A stretch of DNA of 64,000 nucleotides from Podarcis cretensis. Its lineage: Eukaryota. The stretch is taken from the NCBI GenBank assembly GCA_951804945.1, contig OX638149.1, positions 86,428,001 through 86,492,000 of the forward strand, in the 5' to 3' direction. The first letter of the stretch is position 1; each line of letters opens with the position of its first letter. The notes beneath the pieces were generated by a model, which was given only the letters and a program-made list of their open reading frames with translations, searched no databases and was not told where the DNA came from. This document shows positions 1 to 13,275 of the stretch, piece by piece. A program made the translations under genes and the position numbers.

Positions 1-466
1 TAAATAAAAAGCCTGGGAATGTACAGATACTCTGTCTACTTATCTCTAGCTCCTGTAAACATAATATGATAATGTAAAAATGTGGGGAAGAGAATGCCCT
101 TCATAGAGAGCAATAGACGCTTCATATGTTGCTGGCTATTCAAAGAAACAGCTGTCTTGTATCAGAAAGTTAGTTTCTATACACAAGGCATTTCTCAAGG
201 ACAAGAATGTGTGGACTAGAATTGTTGTCATGCCAAATGGTAAAGCCAACACTTCTCTGTGTGTCTGGTTTTTTGCATGGATTCTAGTCCATGGTCTGCA
301 CTCTAAACAATGAAAGGATTTGTGAGCTTCGCACACATCAAATTGGCATGCCTGACACCTGCAAGGGTTGTGCCAGTTACCATGCTGTTTACTGCTAGCC
401 CAAATATACTAAAAGAATCTTAAGCAATTATTAAGTAGGGAGGCATTATCAAAAGGTAAACTAGTA

Positions 467-692
467 CAGTGGTACCTCGGGTTAAGAACTTAATTTGTTC
501 CGGAGGTCCGTTCTTAACCTGAAACTGTTTTTAACCTGAAGCACCACTTTAGCTAATGGGGCCTCCCACTGCTGCTGCGCCGCTGGAGCACAATTATTGT
601 TCTCATCCTGAATCAAAGTTCTTAACCTGAGGTACTATTTCTGGGTTAGCGGAGTCTGTAACCTGAAGCGTATGTAACCAGAGGTACCACTG
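467..692. mobile_element. Tc1/mariner-type non-autonomous MITE (family A)
   Basis: TIR CAGTGGTACCTC...GAGGTACCACTG with TA TSD; homologous copies at 10214 and 57956. Confidence 0.85.
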
Positions 693-772
693 TATCTTGG
701 TTATTGGGCATATTTATTAATTAATTGTAAGGATACCTTCAAGTTGGCATCTGTGATATATAAGAATATATA

Positions 773-937
773 CCATATTTACTCAAATGTAATGCACACT
801 TTTTTTGCTAAATGACATTGTGAAAATTAGGGTGCACGTTAGATTTGATGCCGCATTTACATTTGCCAGCAAATACTTTATTGGTTTCATGAGGTGCGCA
901 TTAGATTCAAGGGCACATTAGATTCGCTTTAAAACGG
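773..937. mobile_element. Degenerate TA-flanked MITE (Tigger/mariner-like)
   Basis: Imperfect TIRs CCATATTTACTCAAATGTAATGC / GCACATTAGATTCGCTTTAAAACGG; TA on both sides. Confidence 0.5.
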
Positions 938-1728
938 TATTTCTTAACATACAGGGAAGCACTGGGATATGCATCTTAGCATACTTGGCTATTGAGACTA
1001 ATTTTCCATGGGTGGAATAAGATATGGCAGACGGTGGTATGTTCAGGGAGAAGGTTTATGGTGCCTCATTACTACTAGCTTTGACTGAACTGGGAGGAAA
1101 CATACATTGTATTATTAAGCTGAAGTTAGCGCAGTTTAAATATTTGGAGAAATGATACAATAAGTATGTTAACGCAATTCAGGAAACAATAACAACACTC
1201 ACTGCACCCACAGAAAAATACTGAGTTGTGACCCACTTCTAAGTCATGAAGAAAAAGAATGGGTATCATTCATATTCCTGACCAGGAGTCAAAATCAAGG
1301 CAAATTGCAGAGGGTTTACTATGACCGCATTGTATTTAATCACAGAATCATTATTCAAAGTATTTTTAATCTCTTTTTTGAGGTACATGTGTCACAAAAC
1401 AAATCACAGCATATCTGAAAATGCTAATCCAAATATAACTGCAGCTCCAATCCAAATAGTCATAGCTGGGTAGAGGAATCCCAGGAGCGGCTGGGGGTGA
1501 GGGCACAGCACAGTGGGTCTTCTGCTGCAGCTGTACTAGCCAGAGTGGAAGGGAGAGGGTGCATTAGTACAAGGACAAAAATGCAAAATAAAAACTATAA
1601 TATTGCTACAGTATAACACTAACAACTGAACAGTTAACAATTCATTTAAAACACAAGTAAATAAAATTAATTGAGCATAAAGCACACCAATAGGTCAGTA
1701 AATAATATTCCGTATTATCTCCAAAGTT

Positions 1729-2993
1729 TGTTGTTGTTGTTGTTGTTTAGTCGTTTAGTCGTGTCCGACTCTTCGTGACCCCATGGACCAGAGAACGCCA
1801 GGCACTCCTGTCCTCCACTGCCCCCCGCAGCTTGGTCAGACTCATGCTGGTAACCTCGAAAACACTATCCAACCATCTCGTCCTCTGTCGCCCCCTTCTC
1901 CTTGTGCCCTCCATCTTTCCCAACATCAGGGTCTTCTCCAGGGAGTCTTCTCTTCTCATGAGGTGGCCAAAGTACTGTAGCCTCAGCTTCACAATCTGTC
2001 CTTCCAGTGAGCACTCAGGGCTGATTTCCTTCAGAATGGAGAGGTTTGATCTTCTTGCAGTCCATGGGACTCTCAAGAGTCTCCTCCAGCACCATAATTC
2101 AAAAGCATCAATTCTTCGGCGATCAGCCTTCTTTATGGTCCAGCTCTCACTTCCATACATCACTACTGGGAAAACCATAGCTTTAACTATACGGACCTTT
2201 GTTGGCAAGGTGATGTCTCTACTTCTCAAGATGCTGTCTAGGCCTGTCATTGCCCTTCTCCCAAGAAGCAGGTGTCTTTTAATTTCGTGGCTGCTGTCAC
2301 CATTTGCAGTGATCATGGAGCCCAAGAAAGTAAAATCTCTCACTGCCTCCATTTCTTCCCCTTCTATTTGCCAGGAGGTGATGGGACCAGTAGCCATGAT
2401 CTTCGTTTTTTTGATGTTGAGCTTCAGACCATATTTTGCACTCTCCTCTTTCACCCTCAATAAAAGGTTCTTTAATTCCTCCTCACTTTCTGCCATCAAG
2501 GTTGTGTCATCTGCATATCTGAGGTTGTTGATATTTCTTCCGGCAATCTTAATTCCGGCTAGGGATTCATCCAGCCCAGCCTTTCGCATGATGAATTCTG
2601 CATATAAGTTAAATAAGCAGGGAGACAAAATGCAGCCTTGTCGTACTCCTTTCCCAATTTTGAACCAGTCAGTTGTTCCATATCCAGTTCTAACTGTAGC
2701 TTCTTGTCCCACATAGAGATTTCTCAGGAGACAGATGAGGTGATCAGGCACTCCCATTTCTTTAAGAACTTGCCATAGTTTGCCATGGTCGACACAGTCA
2801 AAGGCTTTTGCATAGTCAATGAAGCAGAAGTAAATGTCTTTCTGGAACTCTCTAGCTTTCTCCATTATCCAGCGCATGTTTGCAATTTGGTCTCTGGTTC
2901 CTCTGCCTCTTCTAAATCCAGCTTGCACTTCTGGGAGTTCTCGGTCCACATACTGCTTGAGCCTTCCTTGTAGAATTTTAAGCATAACCTTGC
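1729..2993 (-). mobile_element. BovB (RTE clade) LINE, 5'-truncated, reverse transcriptase C-terminal part
   Basis: ORF 1747..3018 carries RT motifs (QAGFRRGRGTRDQI, FIDYAKAFD, GVRQGCILSP, LRYADD) and ends HGVTKSRTRLND. (CAA)n tail; 13-bp TSD TATCTCCAAAGTT at 1716-1728 and 2994-3006. Confidence 0.95.
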
Positions 2994-4759
2994 TATCTCC
3001 AAAGTTAGTACCTAGCAATTTTCCATTTATACCAAGGCCCCAAAGGCTAGAAACTCCTCTCTACAGAACCTTAGCTCTAATGGGTAGGAGGGTGGAACAA
3101 TGGCAGGTGGGAGTTGCCACCCTGCAGTAGTTTGCTTTCCATTTTCTACTGAGAGATGATGATGAGACAGAGGGAGCGTAGCAAACACTTTATTCCAGGC
3201 AGCTTTCACATCCGCTCATCTTGATTTCTTGCTATCTTCCTATGTGCTGCCACATATCTATTGTTGAGGCTTTCTGCCTCTAGAATTATGGAATGTAGAG
3301 ATTTCTCAGGGAGGTGAAGGGGTGGGGACATCTTGCTGAAGTGGCAATATTAACTTCTTTGTCAGGGGTAATTTGCTGAATAAGGCTTTCTCAGAGTCTA
3401 GGACACAAGCTGAAGCTGCCAGCCCAACCTTGTCCCCTCCTCCAAAAATAAAGAGAACCAGCTGTCATTGAGCCAAAATGCATTTATTGTTCCCAAGGCC
3501 AAACCTGCTGTTAGTCCTCAGAGAATTGCTGACAAAAGTTAACCTGAATAATGATCTGAAGTATTTCAGAAACTAGATAGGGACATGTTTCTAGATGTTG
3601 ATTCAAAAGGCCACAAGGGGATATTACAGCAGTTCTCTGCTCCCTGCTCCAGCCTAAAAACAAACCTCTGAGGTTGTATACATACACCCTTTATAACAGG
3701 ACTGGCCTTGAATCAAGCATTATTGATGCAATCAAATGATAGCTGTGGAGCTGTGATAGAAACCTTGAGATGGTGCAGAGACACAGTATCCAGGCGTGTG
3801 TGGTAAGTGGGGAAGAGATCAAAGGGAATGTTGCATGTCAGAACTGCTACCTCTTCCAAAAGGAGCAAAGCCTCTTTGGTTGCTCATTTGCACATGCCAA
3901 TTTAAACATACATTTGAAAAACTGCCTGTTATTTTGTAGAGTCTGTCTCTCAGGCTGTAACTCTGAGAATGTCAAAAAAATAGGCACTTTTACGGGCTTT
4001 AACTTTCTGGTGCTTTGCCAAGATTGGTGTTTTATATTTGCGCTGGTATTATCAAACCACTTAGTCTCTCCCTTACATGCTGTGGAGGCCTGGGTCAGAG
4101 CTGGTTGCTATTTATGGAATTTCATGCTGTCTGAAGATTCTGCATGAGAAACACTTAGGAACTGTGCATCAGAGAATGAGGGAAAGGGAGCCAGATGAAA
4201 GTGTTTGCATTTGTGGGCAAAAGGGAGCTGCTTCTCAGCACTTAAAACCAATACAGTATATATTGTGGCCGATTCCAAAGTCTACTAACTCCTGAATCCA
4301 GGTGGGGTTATTTGGAATATTCCCAGTTGGATTGAACTAGAGCAGAGAGAGCCAGCATGATGCCCTCCAGAAGTTGTTGGACTCCAACTCCCATCAGCTA
4401 CAGGCAGGGATGATGGGAGTTGTAGTTCAACAACATCTGGAGGGCACCATTTTGGCTGCTCCTGATCTGGAGCTTGCTTGTCACTCTAGGATTCTATGCA
4501 TGTCATAAAAGGGTCACAGTTTGAGGAATTATTTGCACAGATACCTATTTTCTAGGACATGGGTATACGAACACTATTCTCCCTCAGTTCCCCTCCCCCA
4601 TTTTAAAAGAAATATGAATGTTAATTTGAATTTGCATTCCAGTATTTTATGAATGGGAGTCTTGCTTCTTATCTGCTAAATAATTAGTTGCAAATGTACA
4701 AGAGCCATAAAATATTTTGTACTTCTGTTATATCAAATAAATTTCTTGGCTGCCCTGAA

Positions 4760-4974
4760 ACAGGAGATAAGGCAGCAGGTTTTCAGTGCTTTGCTAATAT
4801 GATTTTGCTGTAATTAATAAATTTTGTAAAAACATATCCATATGTTTTTACATATGCTGTTTAGGGAAGCTTTTAATGTTTAATAGACTATTGTATTTTA
4901 ATATTATGTTGGAAGCTGCCCAGAGTGGCTGGGGAAACCCAGCCAGATGGGCGGGGTATAAATAAATAAATAAA

Positions 4975-5007
<33 letters not shown>

Positions 5008-5022
5008 CATCATCATTATTAT
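4760..5022 (+). mobile_element. LINE 3' end (L2-like) with (TAAA)n(TTA)n tail
   Basis: GGAAGCTGCCCAGAGTGGCTGGGG...GGGGTATAAATAAA plus simple-repeat tail; same motif at 16450-16550. Confidence 0.55.
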
Positions 5023-7549
5023 TTGAACTTATAAAAATTAACAAAATGACTCAGAAGCTTCATGAGCAATATTATACTGAATATCTACTGGCTGCAGAAA
5101 CCTCACTACATTGGCAAACACTGGATAAGCTGATGCCATGATAAGTAAGCTGGTGAAAGTTACGAGCATGCTGACAGTGGAGCTGTTTTCCCAGTGGAAA
5201 CAGGCCTGTGGAATGGCTAAAATGTGGTGGAGTGTGACTCTGACAGTCAAGGAGCACACACGCCAGACTGCATATCCATTCAGTTCAGAGCCACATTGAT
5301 ATGAAACCCCAAACCTGGCACAAATTTCCCTCCTGTGTTAATGACTGCCCAGCTCAGGCTGTCACAGCACAACTAGCACCATCCGTATATAGTGCCCACA
5401 TGTGAAGATCATCTCAGATTATAGGGTCTGTCTGGTTGTATGTCATGTACACTTCAGCTTTGCATGGGAGAGGGTTTTTTTTTGGGGGGGTGAAGTTATG
5501 GTTGTATACACATTATGTGAAATAAGTCTTCAGTATTTTTTGCCTTCCCTGGAACCTCAGGGTGAATAATATTAATAATAGTAATTTCCTATTTTGATCT
5601 ATAAGAAAATATTCCTCTGCAATTAGAATGCTGTCTTCTTAAAGATGAGGACATACTTATAGTTGGATGAAGCGGTCCTTTTGTGCAACATGCATTAGCA
5701 AGTAAAGTGCTCTGGGATGAAAGGATGCAGTGGAGATTAAAGCATATTGTCAGGTTACTGCATGATGCCAGGGTTCTAAATCTACACTTTCTTCTGTAAA
5801 CAATGAGAGATGACAGGCTTTGGTACGGGAATTGCTGTGTGAGTTTGCCATATGAGATTCCTAGGCTATATGTTGTGCATAATACCAGAGTATGGTTATT
5901 GTTCTCTTTGTATGCACTACTATAATATTTCACAGGTGAGAATAATTTATCTGGCTTTAAGACTGAGCTGTTTCTGCATGCTTAGGTCCATTACTACCGT
6001 GAGAAAGTTTCATATTGTATTTAAGTTTAGAGAAATGTTTGAGATCCTTCTGAAAGCTATTCATTTATGCATACGAAGAACCAAGTGGATTAAAATGGTT
6101 CAAATTAGTCCCTGACCTTATCTATATTTCAACTAGCAGCTTATGCAACTTTCCATTAACTACCATAAACTACCCTTTAATTTACAGTGTGTGTTTCACA
6201 TTCTCAACTCAGAGTATGCAGTAGCAATTTTTTTTAAAGCATTCATATTAAAAATCATGTTCAGATTTAAAAAAACCAAGTAAGATAAATTGCAGTTTAT
6301 CTTACAGTGTTGTACTGTTCCATAAATTAAAAACTGGGCATTTTAATCTTCATACATAATGAAAGCAACTAGTAAATTACAATATGTGTGTTGTCATAAT
6401 AATGTTGCATTTAAAATCCCTGTTTTTATTTTGATCATAAATTAAATCTAATGAGTTGAAGGAGTTGCATGAGAAGTCCCAATACTTTTTGTCTATTTTA
6501 TTGTTTGACCATCCCATTTTTCTTGTGCTAAAGAATGTTTTCCTTTTTTGCTCTGTGGGAAACCCAAGCTATATTAAATGGAAATGCTGCATTGAAGATT
6601 CTCAGAGAACTGTCAGGTACAAAGAAACTCACTCCTCTCAGTCCCTGTCAAGCTCTATGAGAAGTATACTAATAATAGGAAAAACATTTTCAAAGAGAAT
6701 CCTTAATTGAACAGAATTGGTTTGAAAAGCAAAGTGGAGAGAGGAACAGGCCTGTTTGACTTGCATAGTTTTCCGGCAGAGATCTACTTAAGGGCCAAAC
6801 TAAATGAGACACCATTCATGCAATTAGCAACTGACTTAAAAATAAACAACAAGTGACAGGAAACCCCTGGTATATGGGTAGCTTTAGCTGTTTACTCTTC
6901 ATAGTCCTTATGTTGTAGTCATTATCATGGGGGGCATGCATTGGGTGCATCGGAATAACAGCTTCCATTATGCAAATGGAAGATCCCACCAATGAAAATA
7001 GCAGATACAGGGAGCCAGCGCTAGATCAGGATCTCAGCTGGGGATGGGGCGTAGCAAAGCGAGACCCACTATTCCCCGTGCTAGGTTCTCAATCCATATT
7101 GTGCCCTCACATCAGCTATTCACTTTAAAACACAATTCACATTATTACTAATTGCATAAATGATGTCTTCTCTTCTCTAGTTTGGTTCCAATTCTCTCAC
7201 CAGTATGAACTATCTAATGATTTCCATCAAAATTGAATGTGCAGTTTTAAAAAACCCACAAACCCTTTGTGGGCCAGTTTGGGATCACCACAAACCATTT
7301 TGTATCATGATGGGAATAACCCACAGCAAGCCTTGCTCTTGCACTCTACTGTATGCCCTTCTTTTCCTTCTCTAGTACAGATGTAAGGAGGATTCAGAAA
7401 GCTTTTGCTTGCTTTAGATTCACCATAGCTTGTCATTTCATCCAAAACGAAATTGTGTTTAATCTTAACTATCATTTGTTTGTAGCGATCCTTCAACTTC
7501 AAACCATGAATAATAGAGCTGGTTTGTTGCAACAAACCATAATTAAGAT

Positions 7550-7685
7550 CAGGCATAGGCAAACTCAGCCCTCCAGATGTTTTGGGACTACAATCCCCAT
7601 CATCCCTGACCAATGGTCCTGTTAGCTAGGGATCATGGGAGTCGTAGGCCAAAAACATCTGGAGGGCCGGGTTTGCCTATGCCTG
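7550..7685. mobile_element. hAT-type palindromic MITE
   Basis: TIR CAGGCATAGGCAAAC; 8-bp TSD ATTAAGAT at 7542-7549 and 7686-7693. Confidence 0.88.
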
Positions 7686-8200
7686 ATTAAGATTAACTTC
7701 AGATTACAGTTTGGATGCAATGCTGCACTGCGGTTAACCAAAACTGAAAGCCACAGAGGAGATGGAAGGGGGAGAGTGCAAACCTGAGTCTTGCTGCAGC
7801 TCATTCCAATTGCAATAAACCATGGTTTATCTTGACGTACGAACCACCTAGGTGTGTTTCAGAAAAAGCTTCATGCAGGTTTATTAAAAAGTCCCAATAA
7901 GACTATAAAACACAGGTCTGTAAAAGGGTTTCTCTAACCCAAGGAAGAAAGAGGTAGGCTCTGAAATTGGAAATTGGCACAGCTGCAACCTATCCCCTTG
8001 GCATCTCTTATGCAATCTTATTACTCAAATAAAGGCATAATCCCCTCCCCATTGAAAAACAACTGAGGAGAAGCTGCTCTTGCCTTTTTTTCCTTGGGCA
8101 AGGAGAATAGGATGAGTCCTACCCACCTTGAACCAAAAGTAAGACTAACAAAATTTAGACATTAACTCTGCAGATTTTGCCTCTGCTTACATAAAATATA

Positions 8201-8524
8201 GGGATGTGGGTGGCGCTGTGGGTTAAACCACAGAGCCTAGGACTTGCTGACCAGAAGGTTGGCGGTTCAAATCCCCACAACGGGGTGAGCTCCCGTTGCT
8301 CGGTCCCTGCTTCTGCCAACCTAGCTGTTTGAACACGTCAAAGTGCAAGTAGATAAATAGGTACTGCTCCGGCAGGAAGGCAAACGGCGTTTCCGTGCAC
8401 TGCTCTGGTTCGCTAGACCCGGCCACATGACCGGCTCCCTCGGCCAATAAAGCAAGATGAGCGCCACAACCCCAGAGTCGGTCACGACTGAACCTAATGG
8501 TCAGGGGTCCCTTTACCTTTTTAT
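8201..8524 (+). mobile_element. Sauria SINE
   Basis: GGGAxGxGGGTGGCGCTGTGGGTTAAACC head, B-box-like GGTTCAAATCC, ACCTTT tail; TSD ATAAAATATA at 8191-8200 and 8525-8534. Confidence 0.9.
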
Positions 8525-8672
8525 ATAAAATATAAGTATTTGATAAAATTATTTTAGACAATTCAGGCTTTTGCAATGGCCAGCCCTACATCAGCAGTCC
8601 TACAACAGGTATTGATTCATCCTCAGGAAGCTTACTCTCCATACTCTTTGTCATTTGTGTGTTGCTCTATTA

Positions 8673-8809
8673 CAGGCATAGGCAAACTCGGCCCTCCAGA
8701 TGTTTTTGGGACTACAACTCCCATCATCCCTAGTTAACAGGACCAGTGGTCAGGGACGATGGGAGTTGTAGTCCCAAAACATCTGGAGGGCTGAGTTTGC
8801 TTATGCCTG
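8673..8809. mobile_element. hAT-type palindromic MITE (same family, inverted)
   Basis: Same TIRs; 8-bp TSD CTCTATTA at 8665-8672 and 8810-8817. Degenerate relatives near 4350, 13760, 21770, 32780, 32960, 35010, 59140, 60900 and 63840. Confidence 0.88.
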
Positions 8810-8988
8810 CTCTATTACAATACTGACACATTTACTTCCAATCTTGCCTCCCTCTGTGTATCATACACCTATCAAGCTCGCTCTTTCCTGGCTCCAGACT
8901 GTAGCTATTTTGGGTGCAATTCAATTACATACCAACATATTTGGGTTGCATAATTAAAGTTGATTTGGCATCCTTGCACAATAAACCT

Positions 8989-8990
<2 letters not shown>

Positions 8991-9022
<32 letters not shown>
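8991..9022. repeat. (AC)16 microsatellite
   Basis: Read directly from the sequence. Confidence 0.95.
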
Positions 9023-9024
<2 letters not shown>

Positions 9025-10213
9025 CTCTATGCAGTAAGGAAAGTGATGGGAAACAGCACTGGAAAATATGAAATAACACATGCTAGGTGCGATGTTATAT
9101 AACCTCCCTGCAAACAAATCAGAATGAATGCTGGAAAAAAATAGCTAATGTCATAGAAGAGCCCCACAAATGCACAAATCAGGACTGATGCTAAATAAAC
9201 AGGCAGTCTGGAATTGACAATAGTCTGTCACTACTACTAATCTGTGCCATTGACTAAACCCCTTCAAAAATATTTGAGGAAGGAAGAGTTTAGTCCATCT
9301 TGAGGTGCCACAGTGTTCTTGTATTGGCCCTGTTAATTTGGGGATCCAAACAAAGCTAGTGCATACCATGCCAAGTCTTAGCCAAAGTGCCAACAGTACT
9401 TGGATCCTGTTGGAATTTGCTTGGCAGCAGCCCAGTGAAACAAAAAAATAAAGCACAACCAATGATAACCACAAACTCAAGATTGTGACAGAAATGAAAA
9501 TACTTCATCTGATCATAAGCATTTAATCTCAGCTTGCAGCACTCCAAGGCTGTGTATAACTTTTAAAGGGAAGGTATCAGTTCATGATTTGCCATGCAAT
9601 CCTATATGGTGTAGCCATTTACACTTCATGAAAAAGACAACTAAAGAAGACAGATTTGCATAAAATGTGCATATGCTGATTCAGGTCTCACTTTTGATGG
9701 GTTACTCCTGCTGCCCCTTATTATCTTTTAACCCTGCTTGGACTGCTCAACCCTTGAAATGGTGGGCTGACCTGTGTAGAATGACTATGGCAAGTATCTC
9801 CTTGTTTGAATTAACCTGTATTACTGATAATTAATATTTTATGTTGAAAATAAATTTGTCTAACCTGCTGCCAGCCAGTGGTTCTTAATTCCTGGAATTA
9901 TACAAATGAAAAATGCAGTCTTCTAAAACTACTCATGGTATTTTCACATTCACATTCTTATTAGTTAATATTTAAGTATGCAAAAAGTGCTTTATAGGCT
10001 TTTTCTTGTGCCGACTTTCAACAACCCTGTAAGGGAAGGGTTTTGCTGTTCACATGTTCCAAACTGGCAAAACTGAAGGTGCAAAACAGAGCTTCCTCAG
10101 GGCAGAAGTCTCCAGCCCTCCTTGCAGGACAAAATGTGCAGGTACCTTCTGAATTATGCTATAATTTCTAAACAATTTCTGTAAAATGAGAGTGGTGTGC
10201 TACTTTGTATGTA

Positions 10214-10439
10214 CAATGGTACCTCGGGTTACATACGCTTCCGGTTACAGACTCCGCTAACCCAGAAATAGTACCTCAGGTTAAGAACTTTGCTTCAGGA
10301 TGAGAACAGAAATCATGCGGCAGTGGCGCAGTGGCAGCAGGAGGCCCCATTAGCTAAAGTTGTACCTCAGGTTAAGAACAGTTTCAGGTTAAGAATGGAC
10401 GTCCAGAACGAATTAAGTTCTTAACCCGAGGTACCACTG
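10214..10439. mobile_element. Tc1/mariner-type MITE (family A), opposite orientation
   Basis: Near reverse complement of 467-692 with the same TIRs. Confidence 0.85.
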
Positions 10440-10487
10440 TTTTTCCTGGAATTGGGAATGCTCCCTGTCATTATTTGACAGCAACAA

Positions 10488-10553
<66 letters not shown>
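10488..10553. repeat. Compound microsatellite (CT)n(GT)n(GA)n
   Basis: Read directly from the sequence. Confidence 0.95.
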
Positions 10554-13275
10554 CGCCTTCAAAACACCAGTGGGACATAGCTGACTTCCCATGGTAAGCA
10601 TATGGTTGTCTCTCTACTTTTGTGTTCTGTCACACTCCCCTTGGCAGCCATTTTGTGTTATGCTACACACACATACACCCCACATGGCAGCCATCTTGTG
10701 AATAGTGCCCTAGCACTCTCTCAAAATTTGAAATGTGCCCACTAGTCCAAAAAGGTTGCTGACACCTAATTTATGGCTTATTGAAATTTATTGGAATTGT
10801 TTCAAAGTAATATGTGGCTTACAAGCTATAGCTATCTCCAACTTTAAAAATACAATGTTTTTAAACAGCTGGAAGTGGTTGAGAGAGACATCACTTTCCT
10901 TGGTACATAGATTCACAGAATTGTAGAGTTGGAAGAAACCACAAGGGTCATCTAGTCCAATCCCCCTGCAATGTTCGTCCAATGTGGGGCTCAAAATGCA
11001 TTAATTTTGTTCCCTGTAACTTCTGGAATGCTTACGAAAACAACGCAAAACCTATTTACCAGAAGCAAAAAGTAAAATTAGCATCTTCACCAGAAGCAAT
11101 GACCATTCTTTCAGAATGCCTTCAGCTCTCTGATAAAACTATTCTCTATCTCCAGCCTTTGTTACATTTCATTAACCTCGTAAACAGTTACTGTCCTTGA
11201 TGATGCTATGGGATTGGCTTAAGATGTAGCTGCATAGCAGCCTTGGTGATTTATGCTGCTGCTACTGCTGGTCTTGTGGCTAAATTATTCCATTAACTTG
11301 AGAAATGGCTTTCGTGGATCAAAAAAGTTCACAGGGTGCCATGTAAAGGGACATTATTGTTGCCTTTTCCACTGTCGCACTTCAGCTTTTGAATGCCACA
11401 CCTGTGCTGCACAGGATCTGGGAAGGAAGTGCTGGTTCTAGGTCTCTCCCACCGGAAGCTATGTACTGCTGCCTTGGCCCCACATGATGTTCTAGCCCTG
11501 GTTCATTAAATATATTCGTTTTTGAAGGGAGGAAGAGAAAACAGATATATTTAAATCAAGGAAGGCTGATTGTACTGTGCACGTAGTATACTCTGCTGCC
11601 TTTTTTTTAAGTTTCAAAATTAATACATACCAGTCTTTCCAGGGACTTAAGCATTTTTGGCTGTTTGTTTTGTTTTGCTCAGTCTTCATTAAGGGCTGAC
11701 AATTGTAAAACTGCAATGTGCAGCTTAGCAGAATAATGTTTATTTATTGTTATTGAAAGCGGAATAAATTTGAACACGGATTTTAGATGAGCCAGCACAA
11801 ATTGTAGAGTGCTTAATGGTATCTGTCTGCATTCAGAAAAGCATTTAGCTAGGAGAGAGGCTTCATGTGCCAACATGGAAAAGCCTTCATGCTAATGTGA
11901 TTGTGCTGAGGGTTGTCAGGAGGTGTGGAGGGAGTTTAATGTCCAAGAGTGGCTGACAACTGTTTAAAATATCAGCTGTGAGCTCTTATGCTCCAGGGAT
12001 GTTGAGCCCAAAGCAGTTCACAAGTTTTATTGAATATCTGTCAAAACAGAAATAGGACACAAAAATGTTTGTACTTGCCTGGTGTTTTCCTGGCATTAAT
12101 GTGATTATATAAAAGCAAAGTAATAATGCTGCTCAACTGATAACAATGCACAAGTTTCATTGGAAATCAGTAGGGTTAGCTTGTTGGTAACTGTGTGCAG
12201 GATTGTGGCCAAGAAGAGAAAGCAGCCTTCCACATTCTTATGCATAGGATGTAGCGCCTCCCAGTCAGCCTGCGATGGAAAATGATGTGCATTTCCACTT
12301 CTTCAAGCAGAGTGGATGAAAACCTTGGCTTTTGTTCTCATTAACTGCTCTGAAATAGCTGACATAGCTGCCGCTTAAATTTTGTATGAAAATTTGTTCA
12401 GTGCAATTCAGAAAATGATGCCTGCGGTACTTGACATGGAATTAACCCATGAACATGTTGCCATGAATGGAACAATGTGTGAAGGCTGCTGCTATTTGCA
12501 TGTACATAAGAAGGATTATATTTGCCAGTCTTCTGCAATGTGGCGCTTCGTGCTTTCTACCCATTCAGCAGGCAGATGGAAGTTATTTGGTTTAGGCTCT
12601 GTCCCCAAGCAGCCATAACTGGTATAATCCGTTGGAGTGATTTACATCACCTGGCAGGAAATGAGGTATCTTCTACAGAAAAGGCAATTAATTTCCTGGA
12701 AATATGTTTCTTCCACATTTTGTGAAATAGGCATGTTTTCCTCCACCTCACTTAGCTCTAGTAATCTCAGCTAGGGAGATTTGCACATGTAGGGCCCCTA
12801 TTCAGACTGGGGGCATGCTGTTCAGGATGGGCAATGTGAGTCACTTCTGTCCACATTTTGGAGTCCCCTGTGCCTGCCTCGCCCATCTAATTGTGTTGAC
12901 ATGGTGTGCATTTTCCCAGTTTACAGTACGGTATTGTGCAGACATTTTGTGTGCTGTAATTATGGCACAGATAACAAAAAAGGTGTTACATTGGCATCTG
13001 GGTCGTCCCCCCCACCTCCGACAGCTGAGAGTGGTGGTGAAGAGCTGGCTTTCTTTAACAAAATTTGCTACAAAGATGGCCTTGAACTTTTCTCATACAG
13101 CAGTAGTAAAGTGAATACTAGGGTAAAAGTAACCACTGGCTGCAAGAACCCTTGGCAGGAGCTACAAACACAACGCAGAAGAGGCACTGCAGAATTTCCC
13201 TCTCCCGTGAATTAGAATCTATTTAATAGATACTGTAGTCTGAAGGGAGGGAATAGGCAACTTCTTTGCTGAATA

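Noticed and set aside
1747-3018. 423-aa RT ORF as a host gene or retron/defence RT
   Set aside because: It is a 5'-truncated BovB LINE with TSD and tail; the start codon lies in flanking DNA and the endonuclease domain is missing.
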